Sequence record: NC_129764.1
Origin: a phage
Direction: 5' to 3' (one strand)
Length of the DNA stretch: 51,099 nucleotides
Shown: positions 8,191 through 17,168 of the stretch, one piece after another
Layout of the letters: every line of letters starts with the position of its first letter
Numbering within the stretch: position 1 is the first letter of the stretch
Position numbers and translations under genes: made by a program
Notes under the pieces: generated by a model
Database searches by the model: none
What the model saw: the letters and a program-made list of their open reading frames with translations, nothing else
Told to the model about the DNA's origin: nothing

Positions 8191-8420
8191 TGTTCGGTTT
8201 AAGCGAAGTGGAGTGGAATGTTGTAAAGCGTGCCGCGAAGGAATTGAATAAATTCGTTAGCGGAATGAAGAAAGAAGATCGCAAAAACGAAAAGATTATG
8301 ATTGATGTGATCTCAACTCATCACAAAAAGGTTGAGCTACTCATTGACCGATACAAGTTTGTATGGACCGCCGGATATATTGCAGGGCGCGTAGGTAATA
8401 AAGAGTGGGATTACGAATAA
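8190..8420 (+). CDS. hypothetical protein (76 aa)
   Basis: ORF, RBS gggagaggtaaataATG. Confidence 0.5.
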   Translation: MFGLSEVEWNVVKRAAKELNKFVSGMKKEDRKNEKIMIDVISTHHKKVELLIDRYKFVWTAGYIAGRVGNKEWDYE

Positions 8421-8623
8421 TGGCTAACTTACCGAAGAAAGGCGATCAGGTTCGATGCATTACATCACGCAATAGTGATGCTTTCTCAGCGGGATGCTTG
8501 TATGACGTTGAAAAAGTAAGTAAAGCAAAGAGACTCGTATTTGTATACGGAGACGATGGAAACATTCATGAGATTGATTACCCGCAGGATATGACTAAGG
8601 GACAATTCGAAATTAATGATTGA
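8420..8623 (+). CDS. hypothetical protein (67 aa)
   Basis: TAATG overlap start (MANLPKKG); the track start at 8405 is GTG. Confidence 0.5.
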   Translation: MANLPKKGDQVRCITSRNSDAFSAGCLYDVEKVSKAKRLVFVYGDDGNIHEIDYPQDMTKGQFEIND

Positions 8624-8787
8624 CCTGAATCGCTGAGCGGTGATAGTATTAATCCCGTAGACAGACGAGGCGCAAAGAAGCGCAACGCGTGAGACGATTC
8701 TCACACTTCCAGCTAACAAGCTCGGTTGCATAGTGGTTAAGCAACGCCGCAGACCCGTAAGCGGCAACAATTCCAGAGGATTGCATA

Positions 8788-8949
8788 ATGCAAAATATCA
8801 AAGACGAATCAGTCAAAATCGAAATTAAAGTAACTCGCAACGGCAAAACGACTCGTTATAAAAAGCGGTTAAATCCTGGAGAGGCCGTTATTGGTCGCAT
8901 CGATGGCGTTATGATTAAGGCGCAAGAAGATGAAGCGATTCAAAGTTAA
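8788..8949 (+). CDS. small basic protein (53 aa)
   Basis: ATG with RBS ccagaggattgcataATG; below track cutoff. Confidence 0.4.
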   Translation: MQNIKDESVKIEIKVTRNGKTTRYKKRLNPGEAVIGRIDGVMIKAQEDEAIQS

Positions 8950-9115
8950 GTTAATCATTAGAAAGATGGGGATGTTTTGCCAATCATGCAAACAATCTTT
9001 CGAGACTGAATTATCAGCAACCAGTCAGGCAGAAGCCATCACGAAAGCCAAAAAACTTTCAGGCGCTAACCTCGACACTCACAAAATAAACATTGAATTA
9101 ATTAAGGAGATTTAA
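8930..9115 (+). CDS. hypothetical small protein (61 aa or shorter from internal ATG 8966)
   Basis: ORF overlapping the previous small gene. Confidence 0.35.
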   Translation: MKRFKVKLIIRKMGMFCQSCKQSFETELSATSQAEAITKAKKLSGANLDTHKINIELIKEI

Positions 9116-9116
9116 C

Positions 9117-9344
9117 ATGACAGTTTTTTTATTGATTATCGCTGGTGTCATTATTTTTGGTGCTGGTTTGTTTGCTGGATTCGCGCTTGTTGCGGCTGCA
9201 ATTGCGATGGACGCGAAGGATAAAACTGGTGTATGGCTTACCTACTCACCAAAGAAGGACCAATGGGAAATGATTGGCGATCTTGCTCACTGCTACGCTA
9301 AAGCGCAGACCCACCCTAAAGGCATTAAACGACGATTATCGTGA
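9117..9344 (+). CDS. small membrane protein (75 aa)
   Basis: N-terminal hydrophobic helix LLIIAGVIIFGAGLFAGFALVAAAIA. Confidence 0.5.
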   Translation: MTVFLLIIAGVIIFGAGLFAGFALVAAAIAMDAKDKTGVWLTYSPKKDQWEMIGDLAHCYAKAQTHPKGIKRRLS

Positions 9345-9354
9345 TAAATACTAA

Positions 9355-9376
9355 CCCGCCTCGGCGGGTTTTTTTA
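9355..9376 (+). terminator. intrinsic terminator
   Basis: cccgcc-tcg-gcggg stem followed by T7 run. Confidence 0.7.
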
Positions 9377-9393
9377 TGCCTGCAATATGCTAA

Positions 9394-9413
9394 AATAGCA
9401 CTAAATGTTAAAC
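9394..9413 (+). promoter_or_regulatory. dyad motif variant AATAGCACTAAATGTTAAAC
   Basis: Sequence match upstream of packaging genes. Confidence 0.55.
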
Positions 9414-9428
9414 AAAGAGGATTGATTT

Positions 9429-9953
9429 ATGAGTGAACCTAAGAACGCTCCCGTAGTTCAGGGAGGTAATTTCAAAGAGCTATACAAGAAAAAGTTTGGC
9501 ACTGTTCTTGCGAAGAATCGGGCAATGACTCCTGAGCAATTATTCGATCTGTCAGTGAAGTATTTTGAATGGGCCGAAGATAATGCGATCAAGGCGTCAG
9601 AATCAGCCAGCTTCCAGGGTGGCGTTTACGAGTCACTTGTTCATAAGCCGCGCGTCTTCACTTGGACCGGATACCGACTATTCATAGGAGCAAGCGAGGC
9701 CGCAATCATTAAATGGAAACGAGAGGAAGAATACAGTGAGGTTATGGAGTTCGTGGAATCTGTAATCAACGAGCAAAAATTCCAGCTTGCTGCCAACGGT
9801 GTGATTAACGCTTCCTTTATCGGTAAGGATTTGGGAATCGATAAGCCAGCCTCAATCAATATCGAAAACTCGTCAGCTTCCGCATCGACAGTAGTCGCCA
9901 CTACTGAGGATGCAATGAAAGAGGCAGTAAACAGCATTCTTGATATGCTTTAA
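9429..9953 (+). CDS. putative terminase small subunit (174 aa)
   Basis: Position immediately upstream of the large terminase. Confidence 0.5.
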   Translation: MSEPKNAPVVQGGNFKELYKKKFGTVLAKNRAMTPEQLFDLSVKYFEWAEDNAIKASESASFQGGVYESLVHKPRVFTWTGYRLFIGASEAAIIKWKREEEYSEVMEFVESVINEQKFQLAANGVINASFIGKDLGIDKPASINIENSSASASTVVATTEDAMKEAVNSILDML

Positions 9954-9991
9954 CGTTAGGGGCGCGCAAGCGCCCATACAGGAGAATTGAT

Positions 9992-11560
9992 ATGATTCAA
10001 TGGGAAGAACTCGACGCAACTCAGAAGTTAGCGATCAAGAAAATGAGCGAGGCCAATTTCGAAAAAATGATTCGGATCTGGTTCCAGCTTATGCAGGCGC
10101 AGCAGTTCCAGCCTAACTGGCATCACCTTTACCTATGCCACGAAGTGGAGGAAATTATTGCAGGCCGACGCGGGAATACTATCTTTAACGTCACGCCCGG
10201 TTCCGGTAAGACTGAGGTGTTCTCAATCCACCTTCCGGTTTACGCGATGCTCAAGTGTAAGAAGGTGCGAAACCTTAACGTGTCGTTTGCCGATAGCCTG
10301 GTTAAGCGTAACAGTAAGCGAGTGCGTGAGATTATCAGCAGCAACGAGTTCCAGGAGCTATGGCCCTGTAAGTTCGGCACATCAAAAGACGAAGAGATGC
10401 AAGTCCTTAACAGCGACGGTAAGGTCTGGTTCGAACTAATCTCCGCAGCGGCTGGCGGTCGAATTACAGGTTCGCGTGGCGGCTACATGACGCCAGGATT
10501 CTCCGGGATGGTAATGCTCGACGATATAGACAAGCCTGACGATATGTTCTCAAAGGTTAAGCGTGAGCGTACTCACATGCTATTAAAGAACACCATACGA
10601 TCCCGTCGTATGCACAACGAGACGCCGATTATCGCAATCCAGCAGCGACTGCACGCGCAGGATTCAACTTGGTTTATGATGAATGGAGGTATGGGTATTG
10701 AGTTTGATCAGATCTCGATTCCGGCACTAGTAACTGAGGAATACGGAAAGACGCTTCCTGACTGGTTACAACCATACTTCGAGCGCGACGTTTTGTCGTC
10801 TGAGTATGTGGAATTGGATGGAGTTAAGCATTACTCATTCTGGCCCAGCAAGGAGAGTGTTCACGACCTATTGGCTTTGCGCGAAGCGGACCAGTACACC
10901 TTTGATTCTCAGTATCAACAGAAGCCGATAGCGCTTGGTGGCTCCGTGTTTAACTCGGAGTGGTGGACTTATTACGGAAGCAGCCTTGACGCTGACGAGC
11001 CAGATCCGGGTAAATATGATTACCGTTTTATCACCGCTGATACCGCTCAGAAGACAGGTGAGCTAAACGACTACACAGTCTTTTGTTTATGGGGTAAGAA
11101 AAACGATAAGGTTTACTTTATCGACGGCATTCGCGGAAAGTGGGAAGCGCCTGATATGGAGAAACAATTTACCGCCTTCGTGAATCAGGCATGGAGGCAC
11201 AATAAATCAATGGGTGTGCTTCGCAAAATCTACGTGGAAGATAAGGCGAGCGGGACGGGCTTGATTCAGAACTTAAGGAAAAAGACTCCGATCTCAATCA
11301 CACCATTGCAGCGTAACAAAGATAAAGTTACCCGAGCTATGGATGCTCAGCCAGTAATTAAGGCCGGGCGCGTGGTTCTTCCAGAAGAGCACCCTATGCT
11401 TGCGGAAATCATCGCAGAACATAGCGCCTTCACTTACGATGACACCCATCCGCATGATGATATCGTCGATAACTTCATGGATGCGGCGAACATCGAATTG
11501 CTGACCATTGATGATCCTATCGAGAGAATGAAGCGACTCGCCGGGATGGTTAAGCGGTAA
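9992..11560 (+). CDS. terL: terminase large subunit (522 aa)
   Basis: Walker A-like TPGSGKT; size and position before portal. Confidence 0.85.
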   Translation: MIQWEELDATQKLAIKKMSEANFEKMIRIWFQLMQAQQFQPNWHHLYLCHEVEEIIAGRRGNTIFNVTPGSGKTEVFSIHLPVYAMLKCKKVRNLNVSFADSLVKRNSKRVREIISSNEFQELWPCKFGTSKDEEMQVLNSDGKVWFELISAAAGGRITGSRGGYMTPGFSGMVMLDDIDKPDDMFSKVKRERTHMLLKNTIRSRRMHNETPIIAIQQRLHAQDSTWFMMNGGMGIEFDQISIPALVTEEYGKTLPDWLQPYFERDVLSSEYVELDGVKHYSFWPSKESVHDLLALREADQYTFDSQYQQKPIALGGSVFNSEWWTYYGSSLDADEPDPGKYDYRFITADTAQKTGELNDYTVFCLWGKKNDKVYFIDGIRGKWEAPDMEKQFTAFVNQAWRHNKSMGVLRKIYVEDKASGTGLIQNLRKKTPISITPLQRNKDKVTRAMDAQPVIKAGRVVLPEEHPMLAEIIAEHSAFTYDDTHPHDDIVDNFMDAANIELLTIDDPIERMKRLAGMVKR

Positions 11561-11577
11561 TAAATGAGATATAATCA

Positions 11578-11604
11578 AGGCTGTCAATTGACGGCCTTTT
11601 TTTA
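11578..11604 (+). terminator. hairpin plus T-run between terminase and portal (attenuator-like)
   Basis: ggctgtcaattgacggcc near-palindrome followed by ttttttt. Confidence 0.4.
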
Positions 11605-11617
11605 TTGGAGGGAAAGT

Positions 11618-12901
11618 ATGAAAATTGTTAAGCATGATGGTTATAACGATATCTTTAACGGCGGCGCGGACGGCTCACCTAAACCATTTTTTATGGTTGA
11701 TGCGTCATATAACGTCGGCTCATTCTATAACGATAACGCGACAGCGAAAAGAATTGTAGACGTGATCCCTGAAGAGATGGTTACGGCTGGTTTTAAAATA
11801 TCAGGAGTCAAGGATGAAAAGGAGTTCAAATCTCTGTGGGATAGTTACAAAATTGATCCTAGCTTGGTTGATGTTCTTTGCTGGGAGCGCCTATACGGTG
11901 GAGCGGCTATTGTAGCGATCATTAATGACAACAGAATGTTAACCAGCCCTGTTAAACCTGGAGCTAAACTTGAAGGTGTGCGTGTTTATGATAGATTCGC
12001 AATTACAATCGAAAAAAGAGTAACTAATGCTCGATCGCCTCGCTATGGTGAACCTGAGATCTATAAGGTGTCTCCTGGTGACAATATTCAACCTTACTTA
12101 ATCCACCACACAAGAATTTTTATTGCTGATGGTGAGCGAGTAACACCTCAGATTCGAAAGCAGAATCAAGGGTGGGGTGCTTCAGTTTTGAATAAGTCAC
12201 TGATTGATGCGATCTGCGATTACGACTACTGCGAATCTCTAGCGACTCAGATCCTGAGGCGTAAGCAGCAGGCGGTATGGAAAGTCAAAGGTCTTGCTGA
12301 AATGTGTGATGATGATGATGCTCAGTATGCAGCGCGCTTGAGACTGGCTCAGGTTGACGATAATTCAGGTGTTGGCCGTGCGATCGGTATCGATGCCGAG
12401 ACGGAAGAATACGACGTTTTAAACTCTGATATCAGCGGAGTTCCTGAGTTCCTATCAAGCAAGATGGACCGCATTGTCTCGCTTTCTGGTATCCATGAGA
12501 TTATCATCAAGAATAAGAACGTAGGCGGCGTATCAGCGAGCCAAAACACAGCGCTTGAGACTTTCTATAAGCTAGTCGATCGCAAGCGAGAGGAAGATTA
12601 CAGGCCGCTTCTTGAGTTCTTGTTGCCGTTCATTGTTGACGAAGAAGAGTGGTCCATCGAGTTTGAGCCGCTGTCGGTCCCGAGCAAGAAAGAAGAATCC
12701 GAGATCACGAAGAACAACATTGAGTCGGTAACGAAAGCTATCACCGAGCAAATCATCGATCTGGAAGAAGCTCGCGACACGTTACGATCCATTGCGCCTG
12801 AGTTCAAACTCAAGGATGGTAATAACATCAACATTCGCGAACCGGAAGAAACAACAGAGCCGGAACCGGGATTAGGGGGGAAGTTAGAAGATGAAAATTA
12901 A
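11618..12901 (+). CDS. portal protein (427 aa)
   Basis: ATG with RBS ggagggaaagtATG; large ORF directly after terminase. Confidence 0.75.
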   Translation: MKIVKHDGYNDIFNGGADGSPKPFFMVDASYNVGSFYNDNATAKRIVDVIPEEMVTAGFKISGVKDEKEFKSLWDSYKIDPSLVDVLCWERLYGGAAIVAIINDNRMLTSPVKPGAKLEGVRVYDRFAITIEKRVTNARSPRYGEPEIYKVSPGDNIQPYLIHHTRIFIADGERVTPQIRKQNQGWGASVLNKSLIDAICDYDYCESLATQILRRKQQAVWKVKGLAEMCDDDDAQYAARLRLAQVDDNSGVGRAIGIDAETEEYDVLNSDISGVPEFLSSKMDRIVSLSGIHEIIIKNKNVGGVSASQNTALETFYKLVDRKREEDYRPLLEFLLPFIVDEEEWSIEFEPLSVPSKKEESEITKNNIESVTKAITEQIIDLEEARDTLRSIAPEFKLKDGNNINIREPEETTEPEPGLGGKLEDEN

Positions 12902-13652
12902 TGGCGTTGCAACACAGTGGCGCTATCCTGAAATGAGCGAGCGCGCAATGTCGCGCCCCTTACAGGATGTTGCAGCCAGACTAACAGAAAGAATGCGTGA
13001 CGAATTAAAGCCGATGAAATTTGACGCTACCGACGAAGAGATAGATCAGACAGAAAGGTCATTGCTTGATTACGTCGAATCACTCATCGCTCCGATTATT
13101 GGTTCTCTATCATCCGTTGCGCTCGCGATCTATAAATTCAACTCTAAGCAGTGGCTGCGCATCGCTCGCAATGCTGGAGGTAAGAAGAATCAAGCCGTGA
13201 TGCTACTTGCCCTGATTGGTCCTACCGCTGCCGAAAGCTGGTACTCAGGACAATATAATCTGTGGCGATCGCAGGTGACTACTTCTATCAGGAAATTTGC
13301 CGCCAACATGGTTACTGATTTCACTGATAAACTTCGTGCGGCATCCGGTCAGGGTAAAAGCAAGGATTTTGTTGTTGAACTTGCTAAGGAGCGATTTGGT
13401 ATTTACCGTAGCTGGGCCAAAAATAGAGCGTCGGGAATTGTCGGAACCTGGAACAGTAGACTGATGCGGCAGCGCATAAAAGACGCTGGTGTATCTTACT
13501 ATTTCTGGCGCGGGGTGATGGATTTACGCGAACGTGAAAAACATGTAAGATGGGAAGGTAAGCGCATAGCGGTAGATTCCGATCACGTATTCCCGGGTGA
13601 AGAATACAACTGCCGCTGTTGGGCTGTTCCAGACTTTTCTACAGGAGATTAA
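12891..13652 (+). CDS. minor head / head morphogenesis protein (253 aa)
   Basis: Synteny after portal; overlaps portal stop. Confidence 0.55.
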   Translation: MKINGVATQWRYPEMSERAMSRPLQDVAARLTERMRDELKPMKFDATDEEIDQTERSLLDYVESLIAPIIGSLSSVALAIYKFNSKQWLRIARNAGGKKNQAVMLLALIGPTAAESWYSGQYNLWRSQVTTSIRKFAANMVTDFTDKLRAASGQGKSKDFVVELAKERFGIYRSWAKNRASGIVGTWNSRLMRQRIKDAGVSYYFWRGVMDLREREKHVRWEGKRIAVDSDHVFPGEEYNCRCWAVPDFSTGD

Positions 13653-13654
13653 AA

Positions 13655-14767
13655 ATGAAGGCAAAGCAAAGATTCGATTCAGTAAAAATCAAGGCTCACT
13701 TTGATGATAACGGTTTTTTAGTTGACCGCCCAATCGTGGCGCGAATCGGCGCTCAGGTTTACAAAACGCCGCACGGCGATCGAGTTGAGTTCCGTCCGGC
13801 GTCCGAAGTTTTCAAGCAAGATTCCTTGCAAAGTTTTGCAGGCAAGCCGATCACAGTCGGTCACGTAACTGTGACTCCGCAAAATGCTAAGGACGTTGTT
13901 GTAGGATCGTGCGCTGGCGCTGGTATTGCTTCAGGCGTTGGAGTTGAAGTCCCTTTGAGCATTTACAGCGACTACGCGATCAGCAAGGCTAAAGCAAAAG
14001 AAGCTGGTGAATTATCTGTTGGCTACACGTCAGTAGATATTGATAAGCCGGGATGGGGTTCAAATGAGACTGGAGAATATATCTTCGAAGAGGATATGAA
14101 ACAGGACGAAGCGCCGCCTGAAGGTTGGGTTAAATTCGATGCTGTTCAAACAAACATCAAGGTAAACCACATTGCACTTGTTTTCAAGGGTCGCGCTGGA
14201 ATTGCTAAATTAAACCTTGATGCAGAGCAGGAGTTCCCGTATGATAATAACGTTCAATTAACTAACGAGGACAAGCAAATGAAAAAAATTAAGATCGACT
14301 CAGTTGATGTGGAAGTGACCGAAGATGTTGCGAACCATATCGAAAAATTAACCGCGCAGATTGCCGCCATTCAGGGGAAAGCTGATGGCTTCGAAGCTGA
14401 GCGCGATGCGCTGAAGGTTAAGGTTGACTCCCTGCCGGAACTGGTGAAGGCCGAAGTAGAGAAGCAAAAAGCTGACGCCGCAGCGCGTGCTGAAGTCACC
14501 GCAGTAGCGGAAACCGCAGGCGTTAAGCATGATGGTCTTGATATCAAAGACGTTAAGGTAGCTGTTGTCAAAGCCATGCTTGATAAAGATGTTAGCGAAA
14601 AATCAGACGCATATATCGACGCTATGTTTGATGTTGCTAAGGATTCTGATATTATGGCTATTCAGCGTAAGGCGGTAAAAGGCGATTCTATCGAAGGCGG
14701 TAAGCCGGAAGAGAAAAACGACGCCGCACCTGTTACGCCAAATTCACGTTTAAGCAAAGTAATGTAA
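13655..14767 (+). CDS. putative scaffold or prohead protease-scaffold protein (370 aa)
   Basis: Position before capsid; Ala/Lys/Glu-rich predicted coiled-coil C-terminal half. Confidence 0.5.
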   Translation: MKAKQRFDSVKIKAHFDDNGFLVDRPIVARIGAQVYKTPHGDRVEFRPASEVFKQDSLQSFAGKPITVGHVTVTPQNAKDVVVGSCAGAGIASGVGVEVPLSIYSDYAISKAKAKEAGELSVGYTSVDIDKPGWGSNETGEYIFEEDMKQDEAPPEGWVKFDAVQTNIKVNHIALVFKGRAGIAKLNLDAEQEFPYDNNVQLTNEDKQMKKIKIDSVDVEVTEDVANHIEKLTAQIAAIQGKADGFEAERDALKVKVDSLPELVKAEVEKQKADAAARAEVTAVAETAGVKHDGLDIKDVKVAVVKAMLDKDVSEKSDAYIDAMFDVAKDSDIMAIQRKAVKGDSIEGGKPEEKNDAAPVTPNSRLSKVM

Positions 14768-14778
14768 GGGGAAATATC

Positions 14779-15255
14779 ATGGCACAGATTAATGCATCTT
14801 ATCAGCGAGACATGGCTATTGCGCTTCCGGGTATGGTTGCGGATACTTCGAAGTATAATATTGATGGCGCTTGCGTCGTTAACGAAGGTGATGTTTTTGT
14901 TGGCGCTGCCGTACAGGTTGTTCAAGCCCAAGCCGTTGACGGCCATAAATTGGTTAAGGCTATGGAATCGTCTAAAGTGCCGTATGGCGTAGCTATTCGA
15001 TCTCACTGGCAGACTGTGAACAAAGATAATCAGATGATTTACGAAGATGGCGGTGCTATCAACGTCATGACCTCCGGGCGAGTCTGGATGCTTTCCAAAT
15101 CAGAAGAAGCACCAACTTTCGGGACCGCTGTAAAACTTGACGTTGACGGTCAAGAGAAATCTGATGGTACGATCGAAACAACTTGGACCTACGCTGGCGG
15201 CTGGACCAAATATAAAGACATTCAGCTTGTTGAAGTTCAGTTGCATCAACTGTAA
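14779..15255 (+). CDS. capsid-associated protein, paralogue 1 (158 aa)
   Basis: Paralogous to the next ORF (TSKYNIDGACVV vs TSTYNIDGSCVA; PYGVAIRS vs PYGIAFRS). Confidence 0.5.
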   Translation: MAQINASYQRDMAIALPGMVADTSKYNIDGACVVNEGDVFVGAAVQVVQAQAVDGHKLVKAMESSKVPYGVAIRSHWQTVNKDNQMIYEDGGAINVMTSGRVWMLSKSEEAPTFGTAVKLDVDGQEKSDGTIETTWTYAGGWTKYKDIQLVEVQLHQL

Positions 15256-15270
15256 TTAGTGTTTAATATG

Positions 15271-15300
15271 GGGACTATCCTTTTGGGTAGTCCTTTTTTT
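15271..15300 (+). terminator. intrinsic terminator
   Basis: gggactatcc-tttt-gggtagtcc stem followed by T7. Confidence 0.6.
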
Positions 15301-15314
15301 ATGGAGAAAATACT

Positions 15315-16082
15315 ATGCCTTACGAAAATTTAATGTTACGCCCGGCGTGCCCTGGTAATCTTTCGGATACTTCAACCTACAATATTGATGGATCTTGTGT
15401 TGCCCAAGGCGATATTGAGTTCGGCTCCGCTGTTAAAGTTATCGGTATTGTTGACGGCGTTAAGGTTGTTTCCACGCTTACTGATGGTGAAACACCTTAC
15501 GGAATCGCTTTCCGTTCCCAATATGAACACCTGAGCGGTAAAATCCTCGACGGTGAAGTTTGCAACGTCGTTTCTCATGGTCGCGTGTGGACGCTAACTT
15601 CTCTTGATGAAGCTCCGGCCTTGTTCTCAAAGTTACAATTTGGATCTGGTGGTGTTGTTACTGGTAGCTCTGGTTCCGTAGGTTGGACTTTTGCTGGTGG
15701 ATTTGTTAAGCACGAGGACGGGTACATTATTGAGGTTCAGGTTAAGCAAAATGCCTTTATTGTTCCACCTCCACCCCCTCCCGTGGTTCTTGTTGAGTCT
15801 GCGACGATTACAACTAACAAGGAGAGTCCTCAGCCAAACAATGCACCTGTGCAATTTAACGTTGCTGTAAAACCTGACAATGCCACCGATAAAACTGGCG
15901 TGTGGTCTGTTGATGCTGAAAATATTGCGACAATAGATCCAAAATCTGGCGTTCTTACTCCAATTGGTGGAGATGCGGCAGGTAGCGTAATCGTAAATTG
16001 GACGGCTAACGATGCCAGCAAAACTAAAGAATCGATCACTTATGTTTTTGATGCTGCGCCAACCGAAGAAGAAGAGTCATAA
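15315..16082 (+). CDS. capsid-associated protein, paralogue 2, with poly-Pro linker and Ig-like (Big_2-like) C-terminal domain (255 aa)
   Basis: Paralogue of 14779-15255; PPPPPPVV linker; C-terminal segment resembles bacterial Ig-like domain. Confidence 0.5.
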   Translation: MPYENLMLRPACPGNLSDTSTYNIDGSCVAQGDIEFGSAVKVIGIVDGVKVVSTLTDGETPYGIAFRSQYEHLSGKILDGEVCNVVSHGRVWTLTSLDEAPALFSKLQFGSGGVVTGSSGSVGWTFAGGFVKHEDGYIIEVQVKQNAFIVPPPPPPVVLVESATITTNKESPQPNNAPVQFNVAVKPDNATDKTGVWSVDAENIATIDPKSGVLTPIGGDAAGSVIVNWTANDASKTKESITYVFDAAPTEEEES

Positions 16083-16101
16083 CACAAAAATACTTTGACG
16101 C

Positions 16102-16120
16102 TTTAACAAAAAGTGCTATT
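16102..16120 (-). promoter_or_regulatory. dyad motif copy, reversed (plus strand TTTAACAAAAAGTGCTATT)
   Basis: Sequence match; lies between TTGACG and TATTAT upstream of the capsid gene. Confidence 0.55.
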
Positions 16121-16126
16121 ATTGAA

Positions 16127-16153
16127 GCCGTGAACATAATCACGGCTTTTTTT
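16127..16153 (+). terminator. intrinsic terminator or attenuator in capsid gene leader
   Basis: gccgtgaacataatcacggc stem followed by T7. Confidence 0.6.
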
Positions 16154-16174
16154 ATTAACTAAGGAGAAGTAATC

Positions 16175-17134
16175 ATGACTACTAAAAAATTTGATGAAGC
16201 AGATAAGAGCAATGTTGAAATGTATCTGATCCAGGCTGGCGTAAAACAGGATGCAGCCGCAACGATGGGTATCTGGACCGCTCAGGAACTACACCGCATC
16301 AAAAGCCAGTCCTATGAAGAAGACTACCCGGTAGGCTCCGCACTTCGAGTATTCCCGGTTACTACCGATCTATCTCCGACCGACAAGACGTTTGAGTATA
16401 TGACCTTTGATAAGGTTGGTACTGCGCAGATTATCGCTGACTATACAGATGACCTGCCTCTGGTTGATGCGCTTGGTACTTCTGAGTTCGGTAAGGTGTT
16501 CCGCTTGGGTAACGCGTACCTGATTTCAATCGACGAAATCAAAGCAGGTCAGGCAACTGGCCGACCGCTGTCAACCCGCAAGGCAAGCGCGTGTCAGTTA
16601 GCGCATGACCAACTGGTTAACCGTCTGGTGTTCAAAGGTTCCGCGCCGCACAAGATCGTGTCCGTGTTCAACCATCCGAACATCACCAAAATTACCTCCG
16701 GTAAGTGGATGAATGTCTCAACTCCGAAGCCGGAAACGGCTGAAGCGGAATTGACTCAGGCGATTGAAACCATCGAGACGATTACTCGCGGTCAGCATCG
16801 TGCAACCAACATTCTGATCCCGCCGTCCATGCGTAAGGTTCTGGCGATCCGTATGCCTGAAACTACCATGTCTTACCTGGACTATTTCAAGTCTCAGAAT
16901 GCTGGTATCGAAATCGACTCTATCGCAGAGCTTGAAGATATCGACGGTGCGGGTACTAAAGGCGTACTGGTGTACGAAAAAAATCCGATGAATATGTCCA
17001 TCGAGATCCCGGAAGCATTTAACATGCTGCCAGCGCAGCCGAAAGACCTTCACTTTAAAGTGCCTTGCACCTCCAAGTGTACTGGCCTTACAATTTATCG
17101 TCCGATGACTATTGTCTTAATCACTGGCGTGTAA
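16175..17134 (+). CDS. major capsid protein (319 aa)
   Basis: Strong RBS aaggagaagtaatcATG; flanked by terminators; position in head module. Confidence 0.7.
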   Translation: MTTKKFDEADKSNVEMYLIQAGVKQDAAATMGIWTAQELHRIKSQSYEEDYPVGSALRVFPVTTDLSPTDKTFEYMTFDKVGTAQIIADYTDDLPLVDALGTSEFGKVFRLGNAYLISIDEIKAGQATGRPLSTRKASACQLAHDQLVNRLVFKGSAPHKIVSVFNHPNITKITSGKWMNVSTPKPETAEAELTQAIETIETITRGQHRATNILIPPSMRKVLAIRMPETTMSYLDYFKSQNAGIEIDSIAELEDIDGAGTKGVLVYEKNPMNMSIEIPEAFNMLPAQPKDLHFKVPCTSKCTGLTIYRPMTIVLITGV

Positions 17135-17141
17135 TATTATA

Positions 17142-17168
17142 GGGACTAACTTAGTTGGTCCCTTTTTT
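17142..17168 (+). terminator. intrinsic terminator after capsid gene
   Basis: gggactaac-tta-gttggtccc stem followed by T6. Confidence 0.7.

Noticed and set aside
8690-8790. Possible tRNA gene (tagtggttaag D-loop-like segment and gccgc...gcggc stem)
   Set aside because: No GTTCRA T-loop, the anticodon-like loop is 10 nt not 7, and no acceptor stem pairing could be drawn; more consistent with a structured leader.
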